From a virus: a DNA stretch of 64,000 nt. The translations under genes were made by a program, and so were the position numbers. The notes below the pieces were generated by a model, which saw only the letters and a list, made by a program, of their open reading frames with translations, did not search any database and had not been told where the DNA came from. The stretch covers positions 41,352-105,351 of the IMG/VR virus record IMGVR_UViG_3300036852_000741; one strand, written 5' to 3'. Within the stretch, counting starts at the first letter, position 1; each line of letters begins with the position of its first letter. Positions 9,430-19,022 of the stretch are shown in pieces.

Positions 9430-11381
9430 CGTTCGTGTTGTGGATCAGCGAGGACGATGGCATCGACCTTGGGCCAACGCCGGAACTGCTCGCCGCCTTC
9501 CGTGAGATGGCGCAGGCGGCCGACGGCGACGAGTACGGGCAACTCTGGTACGTCCCGCAGACCGCCGACGAGACGATGCCGGCTGACTACATCGCGGCGG
9601 CGTCCGCCCAGGCGGCGGACCTGCTGGTGGCGGCCGGCGACAGGCTGGGCGGGCACGCGCGCTGGGTCCTGGAGCGCCTGGCGGCGGCGGGTGCCCTGGA
9701 GGAGGCGTTCAGCCCGGACCAGCCGCGCTACCCGAAGGGCCACCCGAAGGCCGGGCAGTGGCGTCCGAAGATCGCCGCCGGCCGGGGCCGGATCGCCCCC
9801 GGGCATCTGAAGAACGACCTGTTCTACCTGCGCTACTCGATCAAGGCCGCCCAGGAGGCGCCGCAGGCGCAGGGCGCGGTGGTGGGCACCCGTCGCCTGG
9901 CGGAAATCGGCCACGAGGTCGAGAAGATCGCGCTGCGCTACTCGACGCGCCGCGACTACGAGAAGCGTCTGGCGGACATCCGCGCGGAGCGCAGGCGCAT
10001 CTCTGATGCGCACTGGGAGCGTTGGGAGGGGTGGGCCCATACCGCCACCGGGGAGGAGTGGAAGGCCGCCTCGATGGACGAGGAGCGCTTTCTGTCCGCG
10101 CGCGACAAGGAGCGCCTGGCGGAGATAGTGACCGAGGAACTGAAGCTCGCGCGCGACCGCGATCGCGCCGACAAGGACGCGATCCTGGGGGTGCTCGCCG
10201 AGATGCGCAAAATGGGCGGCAAGGTGCGCCAGGGGTCAGTGAACATCGACCCGGAGGACCCCGACGGCTACTTCTTCATCGCGCTCAAGAGCGGCGAGCA
10301 GCGGGAGGTCACCCACGAGACGACGATTCAGGCGATAGAGGAGTCGCGCACCAAGGTGCAGGCCGCCTACCGCAACGTGGCCAAGCTGTTGCCGGCGGAC
10401 TGGCTGGCGGATACGTCGGCAAAGGGCGAGGTGCACACGCTGTTGTCCACCAAGCGGGCGTGGCATCGCCGGGAGACGCCGAGCGTGCTGCGCGACCCGT
10501 GGGAGGCGGCCCGCCACAAGTTCACCGAGCTACAGAGCGAGGGCCACAAGTTCCTGGGCCTGCACAAGCAGTACCCGTTCGCGCTGTTCGCCGACAGGGA
10601 CACCGGCGAGGTCTTCGCGCTGCGCCAGGACGGCACTGTGGTCACCGAGGCGTGGGATCGCGTCAGGCTCGTGAGCTTCCCGATGGCCGGCGAGGGCACC
10701 CTGGAGGACATCTTGGTGCCGGCGCACAGTCTGCCGGCCGCCCCGCTCAAGCCGGGCGCGAAGGACTACTACGCCGAGATGCGCGCGGAGGCTCTGCGGC
10801 TGATGCGCGAGGAGGGCTACGCCTGGGTGGGGATGCGCGGCAAGTGGGGAACGCTGCGCTCGCCGCAGGGCGAGGAGGTGAGCCTGGACTGGGCGGGCAA
10901 GCCGCTGACCTCGCAGGTGGGCGCGGGCGGCACCAAGGCCGCCCTGCCGCCGCTGCTGCCCGGTGTGATCCCCGACCCACCGCCACCGAAGGTCGAGGAC
11001 TCCACCATCCGGGTGGACCCTCGGGACGAGCACAAGGTCCTCCACGAGCTAGCCCACCGTATGGAGGTCGTGGTGGGCGAGGAGAACCAGGCCGGCTACC
11101 GTCCGCTGCACTATGCCGCCCTGCTGTTCTTGCAGCAGCGCACCCAGGGTGAGAGCCTGGTGAAACTCATCGACCTGTACCCCGGCTACGCCTACGAGGA
11201 CGACGAGGTGACCCGCCCGGACAAGTTTGTGGACGCCTACGTTGGCAAGGACTATGGCGGCCGGGCCACCGAGGTCATCACAATGGGCCTCGAAATGCTG
11301 TTCTATCCGCGCTACAAGCGTGATCTGGCCGACGACCCGGAGATGAAGCGATGGGTGCTGGGACTGCTGGCAGCGGCGTGA
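9426..11381 (+). CDS. Putative head-associated modular protein with C-terminal HEXXH metallopeptidase-like domain
   Basis: LEEAFSPDQPRYPKGHPKAGQW motif; HELAHRME...YVGKDY...EVITMGLE. Confidence 0.6.
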   Translation: MTFVLWISEDDGIDLGPTPELLAAFREMAQAADGDEYGQLWYVPQTADETMPADYIAAASAQAADLLVAAGDRLGGHARWVLERLAAAGALEEAFSPDQPRYPKGHPKAGQWRPKIAAGRGRIAPGHLKNDLFYLRYSIKAAQEAPQAQGAVVGTRRLAEIGHEVEKIALRYSTRRDYEKRLADIRAERRRISDAHWERWEGWAHTATGEEWKAASMDEERFLSARDKERLAEIVTEELKLARDRDRADKDAILGVLAEMRKMGGKVRQGSVNIDPEDPDGYFFIALKSGEQREVTHETTIQAIEESRTKVQAAYRNVAKLLPADWLADTSAKGEVHTLLSTKRAWHRRETPSVLRDPWEAARHKFTELQSEGHKFLGLHKQYPFALFADRDTGEVFALRQDGTVVTEAWDRVRLVSFPMAGEGTLEDILVPAHSLPAAPLKPGAKDYYAEMRAEALRLMREEGYAWVGMRGKWGTLRSPQGEEVSLDWAGKPLTSQVGAGGTKAALPPLLPGVIPDPPPPKVEDSTIRVDPRDEHKVLHELAHRMEVVVGEENQAGYRPLHYAALLFLQQRTQGESLVKLIDLYPGYAYEDDEVTRPDKFVDAYVGKDYGGRATEVITMGLEMLFYPRYKRDLADDPEMKRWVLGLLAAA

Positions 11382-11650
11382 CCTTCCACTGGCGGGGAGC
11401 CCTGGACGGCCGTCCCGTCGAGGGCGAGGTGGACGAGGGCATGATTCTCGGGCCGCCGGTGGTCACGATCTGGGTGGAGGCGCTGGTGGACGGCAAGGCG
11501 CACGTGGGCGAGGGCCCGTGGTCAGGCCGGGCGACGCTGGACGACGAGGTGCTGGCTCGGGCGACGATCGCCGCCGTGCTCGACACGGGGAGCGCCAGCT
11601 TCGATCCGCCCGCGCCGGTGGACGATGTTCCCGTCGATGCCGTGGCGTGA
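11378..11650 (+). CDS. Small acidic protein, possible partner/immunity protein of the upstream gene
   Basis: GTGA-coupled to 9426..11381; D/E rich. Confidence 0.5.
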   Translation: MTFHWRGALDGRPVEGEVDEGMILGPPVVTIWVEALVDGKAHVGEGPWSGRATLDDEVLARATIAAVLDTGSASFDPPAPVDDVPVDAVA

Positions 11651-11653
11651 GAC

Positions 11654-12251
11654 GTGGCCGAGCCATGCACGGTGCTCCTAGACGGCTCGCCTATGACATG
11701 GGCGGCGGCCCTGAGCCTCGTGCGCGCCGGCCACGCCGCTCGCGACCATCCGCCGCTGGAGTTCGACTCGGCCAGCGACCTGCCTTGCCCGCTTGCTCGG
11801 ACGCTGTTCGTCTGGGGCGAGAAGCGCGCCCCCGGTCGCGTGACTATCAAGATGGGAGACACCTGGCGATGATCGAACATGGCGGCGGCGGGTGGACGGC
11901 GAGGCATCTGCTGGCCGACTACAAGGCGGCGCTTGTGGCCGCGCGCGAGCGTGCCGACCTCTACGAGCGCACGCTGCGCGGTATCGCCCAGCGCGGCGAG
12001 TGGGCGACTGCGCGGGCCGCTCGCCGGGCACTGAAGAAGGCAGAAGCAGCACTGGAGAAGGCAGAGGCAGCATGACGACGATCGCCCCACCGCGTCGGTG
12101 TGACCCCGAGGCCGAGCACGGCGAGGGGCACGACCTGTTCGTGGGCGCCTGCGAGGAGGGTCCGTACGCGCAGACGCTGTGGATGAAGTGCCGCGACTGC
12201 GGCTACTGGTGGGAGCGCCGGCTCGACTTTGGCTACGAGGGCGTCACCTAG
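11654..12251 (+). other. Three coupled small ORFs (11654-11872, 11869-12075, 12072-12251; the last has a Zn ribbon)
   Basis: ATGA overlaps; CRDCG in the last ORF. Confidence 0.5.
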
Positions 12252-12271
12252 CTCACGTCGCGTGCTAGGCT
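12249..12271 (+). promoter_or_regulatory. Operator/extended -10 element
   Basis: TAGCTCACGTCGCGTGCTAGGCT, then a hairpin and CGACCAAGGGAG. Confidence 0.75.
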
Positions 12272-12316
12272 CCGCGCGATCGAGACCGTTGGGTCTCGCG
12301 CGACCAAGGGAGCGCC

Positions 12317-12484
12317 ATGACGGAGAAGCCGGAGAGGCCGAAGTCCACACCGGGCAGGCCGATCATCAAGGACGGGCCGCGCCACGGGCAGCCACGCACC
12401 CGCGTGCAGGGCGGCGGGTACGGCAAGCCGCCGCACCTGCGCCGCACGCGGAGCGACAAGGGCGTCCCGCGCAAGCCGAAGTGA
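12317..12484 (+). CDS. 55-aa highly basic protein (not in ORF track)
   Basis: MTEKPERPK...RRTRSDKGVPRKPK; AAGGGAG RBS behind the operator/promoter. Confidence 0.6.
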   Translation: MTEKPERPKSTPGRPIIKDGPRHGQPRTRVQGGGYGKPPHLRRTRSDKGVPRKPK

Positions 12485-12491
12485 CGGCCGA

Positions 12492-13013
12492 GTGAGGCGC
12501 AACGCCAGGCAGAAGGCGCGTCTCAGGGCACTGCGCGAGGTGTACGAGCGGCTGCCCAGGCTGGACTGCAAGGGCTTGTGCGGGCACTCCTGCGGGCCGA
12601 TCGGGATGTCGCCAGCCGAGTACGAGCGCTTCTGCGACCGGTTGGGTCGCGAGCCCAGGGAGCGGGTGACCTACAAGAACGATGGCGCGACGATGCTCAC
12701 GGCGACCTGGTGCCCGGCCTTGACGGCGGTGGGCCGCTGCCGCATCTACTCCGACCGGCCGATGGTTTGTCGCCTCTGGGGCGTGGTCGAGTCGATGCCC
12801 TGCCCGTACGGCTGCCTGCCCGAGGGCGGCTTGCTCAGCGACGTGGATGGGATGGCGCTGCTGGGCGACGCGATGGTGGCGGGCGGGGCGGTCTTGGTGG
12901 ACGGCGAGACCTTCCGGCAGCGGGTCGCCGAGGACCCGTCGCTGCTGGAGTTGGGGCGGCGCTGGACTCGGGATGGCATGGCGGCCGAGGAGCGCCGCGC
13001 CGGCTTACGCTAG
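12492..13013 (+). CDS. YkgJ-like cysteine cluster (Zn/Fe-S) protein
   Basis: CKGLCGHSC...CPAL...CRIYSDRPMVCRLWG. Confidence 0.75.
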   Translation: MRRNARQKARLRALREVYERLPRLDCKGLCGHSCGPIGMSPAEYERFCDRLGREPRERVTYKNDGATMLTATWCPALTAVGRCRIYSDRPMVCRLWGVVESMPCPYGCLPEGGLLSDVDGMALLGDAMVAGGAVLVDGETFRQRVAEDPSLLELGRRWTRDGMAAEERRAGLR

Positions 13014-13033
13014 CTCATGATGTGTGCTACCAT
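13011..13033 (+). promoter_or_regulatory. Operator/extended -10 element
   Basis: TAGCTCATGATGTGTGCTACCAT, then a hairpin and CCGACCGAGGAG. Confidence 0.75.
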
Positions 13034-13074
13034 TCGGGTGCCCTCATGGGGGCGCACCCGACCGAGGAGCGCGG

Positions 13075-16000
13075 ATGACCGACCTGACGACGATGCCGGA
13101 TCGCCACATCGTGGACGCGATGATCTACGCGGAGCGCCGGCTGGCCGAGCATCTGGAGATGGACTGCATGGGCGGCGGCGAGTACGACTGCCCACGGTGC
13201 TCAGCCGACCGGGACTTCATGCGGGCCGCCAACGCCGAGATGAAGCGCCGGGAGGAGGCGGGCATCCTCATCGAGGACCCAGACGAGCCGTCGTTCGAGG
13301 AGCGCCATGCGCCGTGGGGCCCGGAGTGGCAGCTTGAGCAGCGCGAGCGGGAGGGGTGGCACAGCCTATGAGCTTCAAGCCCGAGGTGATCGCCGACGCC
13401 AGCGGCAAGTGGGCCGGCAACGCGCTGCGCTTCGCCACCCGCGGGGAGGCGGAGGCATACGTGGCCGACCTGGCGAGGCGCTGGACGCTTGTGCGCGAGA
13501 CGCGGGTGGTGGAGTCCGAGGACGCGGTGAACTACCGGATCGTGGCTGGCATGATGGAGCGGGTCGAGCTATGAGCCGGATCAGGGTCAAGCTCGACGGT
13601 GGGCGGGAGGTTGTGATGGGCTGGGATCAGCCGATGCGCACCTACTACGCGCAGTTGTGGGACTCCGCGTTTGACCCGGACTTCGATCTTGGCGCGCCCG
13701 CCAAGGCGGCTGGCTACCACGAGGCGGAGAAGATCGCGCCACTGGCGGGCGAGTACGGGCCTTACCCGATCACGACGATCGCGGCTCTTGAGGAGCAACT
13801 CGCATCGTGGGGCGTGGCCCAGGCGCTGACGAGCCGTCGGGCCGACGAACTGGTGAGAGGCAGAGAACTGGCACAAAAGGAGTCTGAGCGATGGGTGCGC
13901 TGAACGCGATGGGCTGGGTGCTGTGCGTGAGCGCGGCCGAAGGTCCCGACGAGGTGTGGGACCTGCTCAACGAGTTCGGTGAACGGACGGGTACCGACGG
14001 CCCGACGGTGCACGCGATGGCGCGCGACAGCGGCCAGCCGCGCTACTGCGTGCACCCCGACTCGACGCCCGAGGTGGAGTTCCGCCATGACGACCTGCGC
14101 GAGGCGCTGCTGCTGGGCGCCGTGTGGAAGGCCGAGCGGATGGATGCGGCCGAGATGTGGCGGCGAGATGGGTGACCTTGCGGTGGGTCGGCGGGTAGGC
14201 ACGGTGCACGGGCCGGGCACGGTGGAGGGGGTCGAGCCCGACGCGGTGCTCGTGGCGCTCGATGATGGCGTGCCGGCGTGGTTTGTGCCTAACCTGGTGC
14301 ACCCGATCGAGGAGACGGTGTGGCATCGGCGTGACGACGATCAGCCGGTGTACCGGCCGTGAGTGGGGAGGCGGCCCACCTAGTGGGGATGGGCCTGGGG
14401 CTCGGCTTTGCGGTGGCGTACGCAGCGTGGAGACTGCCGAGACGGAGACGTATGGCCCCTGGCGCCAGCCGGGAAGGCTGGAGGCCGGCATTTCGTTCGT
14501 GGCAGCGGATCGCCTTCTCGATCCTCTACGCGTGGGCGATCTACGGCATGTGGGTGACGGACGCCCAGTTCGCTCGCGTCACCGCGACGGGATTTTTTGT
14601 TGCCCTGGGGCTGCTTACTTGGCGCTTGCGGGTGCGCTCGTGACGCGGGAAAAGCAGGGGACAGTCTCGTGGCTCTGCCCAGCCTGCGGGGCCATGATGT
14701 ACGAGGCTCGGCTCCTGAAGGGCTACCCGAAGACCGGGCCGGAGAGCGAGCGCCTGACGTGCGCGCTACATGGGCCTCGCGGCCGGTTCCACCACATTGC
14801 CACCGACCGGCGGGCTGCCGTATCGCGGACAAGGGGGGCGCTGGATGGCCCGTCGTGACGATCGTCCCCGCGTCCGCTTTCGCGGGGGCGGACTCGACGG
14901 CGCGATCGCTCCTGCTGGCGAGGTCGAGCCCAAGGTGGACTACCGGGCGTGGCGCCTGGCGCCATGCGCGAGCACGACCGGGCCCCAATACGACCTGTAC
15001 CGCTGGGAGCCAGGCGGCGGCACGATGGCCTACGTGGGTACCGTGTTCGACCTGGATGGGCCGGCGCTGGCGCGCGTGCCCGAGCGCCCGCTGCCGAAGA
15101 TCGACCCGCCGAAGCGGTGGAATTGGAGGTAACACATGGGCGTCCGCATCCTGCATGACCCCAGCGAAGGCAAGGCCGCGCTCTACGACTCCGTGAGCGG
15201 GCACGCCTTCGGGCCGGTGATAGGTGACCTGGAGCTATTCGCGAGCGCCCAGGACGCCGCCCTGGCGTTCCTGGACCATCTCAACGTGGACGCTCGCACC
15301 CTTGCACCTTCCATCCTGGAGGTGCGCCTGGAGGCGTTCCGTCAAGCGCTGGAGAAGGCCACCGAGTGAGTCGTCCCCAGCCTGGGTTACGCTCCCGGTG
15401 TGAGCGAGGTGGAGTGCTGCGCGGCGTGCGGGTATGAGCACGCGGACCCCAAGACAGCGGTCCGCGTTGGGATCGCCTTCATCGCGGCCGAGTGCGCCTG
15501 GACGCTGCGCTACCCCGGCCATTCGGCCAACGAGGTCATCGACATGCTGGAGGCGCGGATCGCCGGCTACGCGGAGGGCGGTGTCACCTCGAAGGCCGTG
15601 GAGTCGTGGACGGCGCCACCGGGGCCCGAGCCGAGTCCGGCCCGCAACGGTGATCCCGACCCGGCGCTGACGGGCCTAACAGAGAAGCTGTGTCCGGTGT
15701 GCGAGGGCGACGGGGAGCTTGTGGACCCAGCGGTCCCCGACACGGTGGTGGTGTGTGCACGCTGCGATGGGAGCGGTCGCGTCAAGGTGATGGCGTGACG
15801 GATGGGGATTCAGGGGCGGATCGCGGTGTTCAGGAGGCTGCCGGTGGGGACACTGCTGACGCTGGTGCTGGGGCCCGCCGAGCCGCTGCCCGATTCGCTG
15901 GGGGAACTGGAGGGCACGACGCGGGTGCGGGTGCGCGGGAGCTACATGGGGCTTAGCGACGCTGGGCTGGCGTGTCCGAAGGTGCATCTGCGCTATTTCT

Positions 16001-18140
16001 CTCGCGCGGGCTATGAGCAGGAGGCGGTATTCCTGCTGGCCGATGTCGTGAGAGTGGAGAACGTGTGCCTGCCGGAGGCGGCGTGAGAACGCAGCGGCGA
16101 TACGTGGGTTACGATGTGAGCTTCGTTTGTTCTCGACCACCGATAGGGGTGCGCTCATGAAGGAAGCTCTCAAGGCCATAGAGGCCGCGTTGACGGATGC
16201 TCGCGAGGCCCGTGACAGGGCCCAGGTCCGACTGGCTGACGCGCAGGCGGCGGTGGACCGGCTGGAGGCCGCCAAGGCGGTGCTGCGAGGCGAGCCGGTC
16301 GCCGGGGCCGAGCGCGGAAAGACCGAGCGCGACCAGGTGGCGCAGGGAAGGTCCAAGCGTCTGTCGGCGCACGCTCGGCCGCGGGGCGGCTCGCCGCGGG
16401 CGCGCAAGAACGGAGGGCCGACGACATCGCAGGCTGCCGCCACGCTTATGGAGGAGGCGATGCGCAAGGTGGGCAACGGCGGCATGACCGAGCACCAGTT
16501 GGCCGAGGCCATCGGCCTGGTGGGCCGCGGGGCGCACATGAAGCGCCAGGCGGCGTTGCGCTCGCTGGTGGCTGCCAACGTCTTCGTCGTGGCCAACGAG
16601 TCTTCCTCGGACGGCTCGCCGCTGTACACGCTGAGTGCCAGGGCCGCCGGGGCGGTGGCCGGGGGGCCGGCGGAGGTGGTTTGACGTACGCCTACCTCTT
16701 TACCTTGGAGGCGGTCGGCCGCTGTGTGAACGAGCGCGATGCGGAGTATTGGCTGCGCGTCGCTGCGCACGCGCTTGAGCAGGCGGGGTTTGTGATGGAC
16801 GACGCGCAGGCCATAGGGATCGACGGGGGGCGGGGGGCGGCGCTGGACTTCCCCGACCCGGTGGCCCGGGTGCTGGTGGATGCCAACCGTGCCGATCCTG
16901 ACACGCGCCGGTTCTCGGACGTACCGGGTCGACTGCGGTGACCGAGCGGCAGGCGGCGGCCTTCGCCGATCCGCTGGCACGAGCCACGGGCGAGCTTGAG
17001 CGCTTCCGGCGCTACCGCGGCGTGTGCGGCGGCGTGCTCACCACGATCCTCACGGTGAACCGCTGAATGGATGCGTTTGACGGCGTGCCCGTGTGGCACG
17101 TCTCGCTGAGCTTCCAGAGGGCGCAGGCGGTCGTAGCGGTGAACGCCTGGCCGCGCGAGGTACGCGCCGAGGTCGAGCGCGAGGCGCGCAGGCTGTTGCG
17201 TGGCGTGGGTGCGGGGCCGCGCCGGTGGGAGCACGGCGAGGCGGCACACGTCCTACACGTACGCCAACGGCTCAGCGACGCGGAGGTTGCGGCTTTGCCG
17301 CGGGGACCTGAGCCGGTGGACATGGCGGGCGGCGGCCCGCTCTACCGTCCGCTTACGGTGCGACCATGACCGCCGTGGACGACGACGCCCTCGTGGCCCG
17401 GTTCCCGGCGATTGCATGGAGAGCGCCGATCCTCATAACGGTCGCGGGCGGTGCGACGGGGCTCGGCTGTCGGCTTTGCATCGCTCGCAAGGGCCTCCAT
17501 GCCAGCCAGGTCAAGGCGCTGGCGCGCACCCAGGCTGAGTTCGAGCGCCACATGGAGCGGGAGCACCCGCAGTGACCGAGGTGCAGCGCATCCGTGCGGC
17601 GTTGCCCAGTCTGGAGCGCCAATTCACCGGGCACGATGTGGACTTCGTGATCCCGCTGGGCGACAACTGGCTGGCCGCGTGGAACTGGGCGCTTAGGCTT
17701 GAACGCGAGCAGGGCGTCGACCACCAGGCGGCGCTGCGCGTGGTGCACGCCAAGCACTTTGTGGACCGGCAGGGCCGGCCGTGAATCGCGCCGAGACCGA
17801 GCCGAACCCCTATTTCGGCGACCTGGAGGGCGTGCCGGCGACCGAGGGTGCGCGCAGGGTCACGACGCCGACGGGGGCGCGCTGCCTGTACTGCCGTGAG
17901 GCGGTGCGGGCGGGCGACAGCGGCTACCTGATGGCGTCCTACGAGCCGGAGGGCGCCCGGGTGGTGGCCGTCCACGCGGAATGCCAGCTACGTCAGGTCG
18001 TTGGTGGGGTGGAGTGCCTCAAGCGTCAGCACGCGGGCACGCACGTCGTGGGCGACCACGACCCCGACCCACCGGGGCTGAGCCGGCGCGAAGCGGCGCA
18101 GGCGACGTGGGCGTGGATTCATGAGCATGGGCTTCCGTAG
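13075..18140 (+). other. Cluster of about 20 small coupled hypothetical ORFs (e.g. 13075-13371, 13368-13574, 13571-13903, 13891-14175, 14640-14858, 14845-15132, 15136-15369, 15400-15798, 15802-16086, 16681-16941, 17067-17369, 17366-17575, 17572-17784, 17781-18140)
   Basis: Head-to-tail ATGA/GTGA overlaps and many CxxC motifs; typical of phage early/accessory genes. Confidence 0.55.
16157..16684 (+). CDS. Coiled-coil plus winged-HTH putative DNA-binding protein
   Basis: N-terminal heptads, basic linker, GMTEHQLAEAIG...LRSLV..YTL. A degenerate operator lies upstream at 16107-16122. Confidence 0.5.
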   Translation: MKEALKAIEAALTDAREARDRAQVRLADAQAAVDRLEAAKAVLRGEPVAGAERGKTERDQVAQGRSKRLSAHARPRGGSPRARKNGGPTTSQAAATLMEEAMRKVGNGGMTEHQLAEAIGLVGRGAHMKRQAALRSLVAANVFVVANESSSDGSPLYTLSARAAGAVAGGPAEVV

Positions 18141-18143
18141 TGG

Positions 18144-18749
18144 ATGAGCGTGGAGGTTTTCCTGTGGACGGACGGGAGCGGCACCACGAGTGGGCCGATC
18201 GGCTGGGCGTACGTCCTGAGAGCGGTGGACCCGGAGACGGGAGCGGTGCTCAAGGAGCGCGAGGGGATGGGGGCGTTCCCGGAGGGGACGAGTCAGCGCG
18301 CTGAGCTTATGGCGGTGATCGAGGGGCTGCTGGTTCTCTCGCGCCGCGCCCGGGTGACCGTGGTGACCGATAGCAAGTACGTGAGGATGGGTGCCACCGA
18401 GTGGGTGGCCGGCTGGGAGAAGCACCGGTGGCGAACCGTCGGGCCGTCGGAGCGCGACGACCCCGACCTGGCGTGGCAGTGCCCGCTGTGCGCCTGCCCG
18501 ACCAAGGCCGAGGCGGACGTGTGCGCCCGCCACGACCCGCCGGCTGCTATGTGCGCGTCCTATGATTCGCGCGCGGTGCGCAACCGGGACCTCTGGCAGA
18601 TGCTGCTGGGAGCGATGAAGCTCCACGACGTGTCGTTTCGCCAGGTGCCTGGCCACGACAAGCAGGGGCGCTACCCGCTCAACGAGCGTGCCGACGAACT
18701 GGCGGGGCAGGCGCGGCGGGCGCTGATCGAGGCGTGTACGACCGTCTGA
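18144..18749 (+). CDS. rnhA: Ribonuclease HI with Cys/His-rich insertion
   Basis: WTDGS, TSQRAELMAV, VTDSKYV, VRNRDLW, VPGH, NERADELA. Confidence 0.9.
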   Translation: MSVEVFLWTDGSGTTSGPIGWAYVLRAVDPETGAVLKEREGMGAFPEGTSQRAELMAVIEGLLVLSRRARVTVVTDSKYVRMGATEWVAGWEKHRWRTVGPSERDDPDLAWQCPLCACPTKAEADVCARHDPPAAMCASYDSRAVRNRDLWQMLLGAMKLHDVSFRQVPGHDKQGRYPLNERADELAGQARRALIEACTTV

Positions 18750-18976
18750 AGCTCGTCCCGTCCGAGCGGCGCGCGATCGCCTACCTCAGCCACTCGCACT
18801 GGGCGTCGGCCGAGCAGGTGGGTGACGGCGTGGGCCTTACCGCGCTGATCGCCGCCGGCAAGCTGCGCCGTCTGTCCAGCCGGGGGCTGGTGGAGTCGAT
18901 GCCGGGGCGCGGCCGGCGGGTCTACCGGCTCACCAAGGCCGGCGTGCACTACAAGCGCACACTGCCCCGCGAATAG
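18734..18976 (+). CDS. Winged-HTH (MarR-like) protein
   Basis: LRRLSSRGLVES...RRVYRLTKAG. Confidence 0.65.
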   Translation: MYDRLKLVPSERRAIAYLSHSHWASAEQVGDGVGLTALIAAGKLRRLSSRGLVESMPGRGRRVYRLTKAGVHYKRTLPRE

Positions 18977-19022
18977 GCCCGCGTGGCGTTCGGTCTCCCC
19001 GAGCGCCTACGATGGGTTCACC

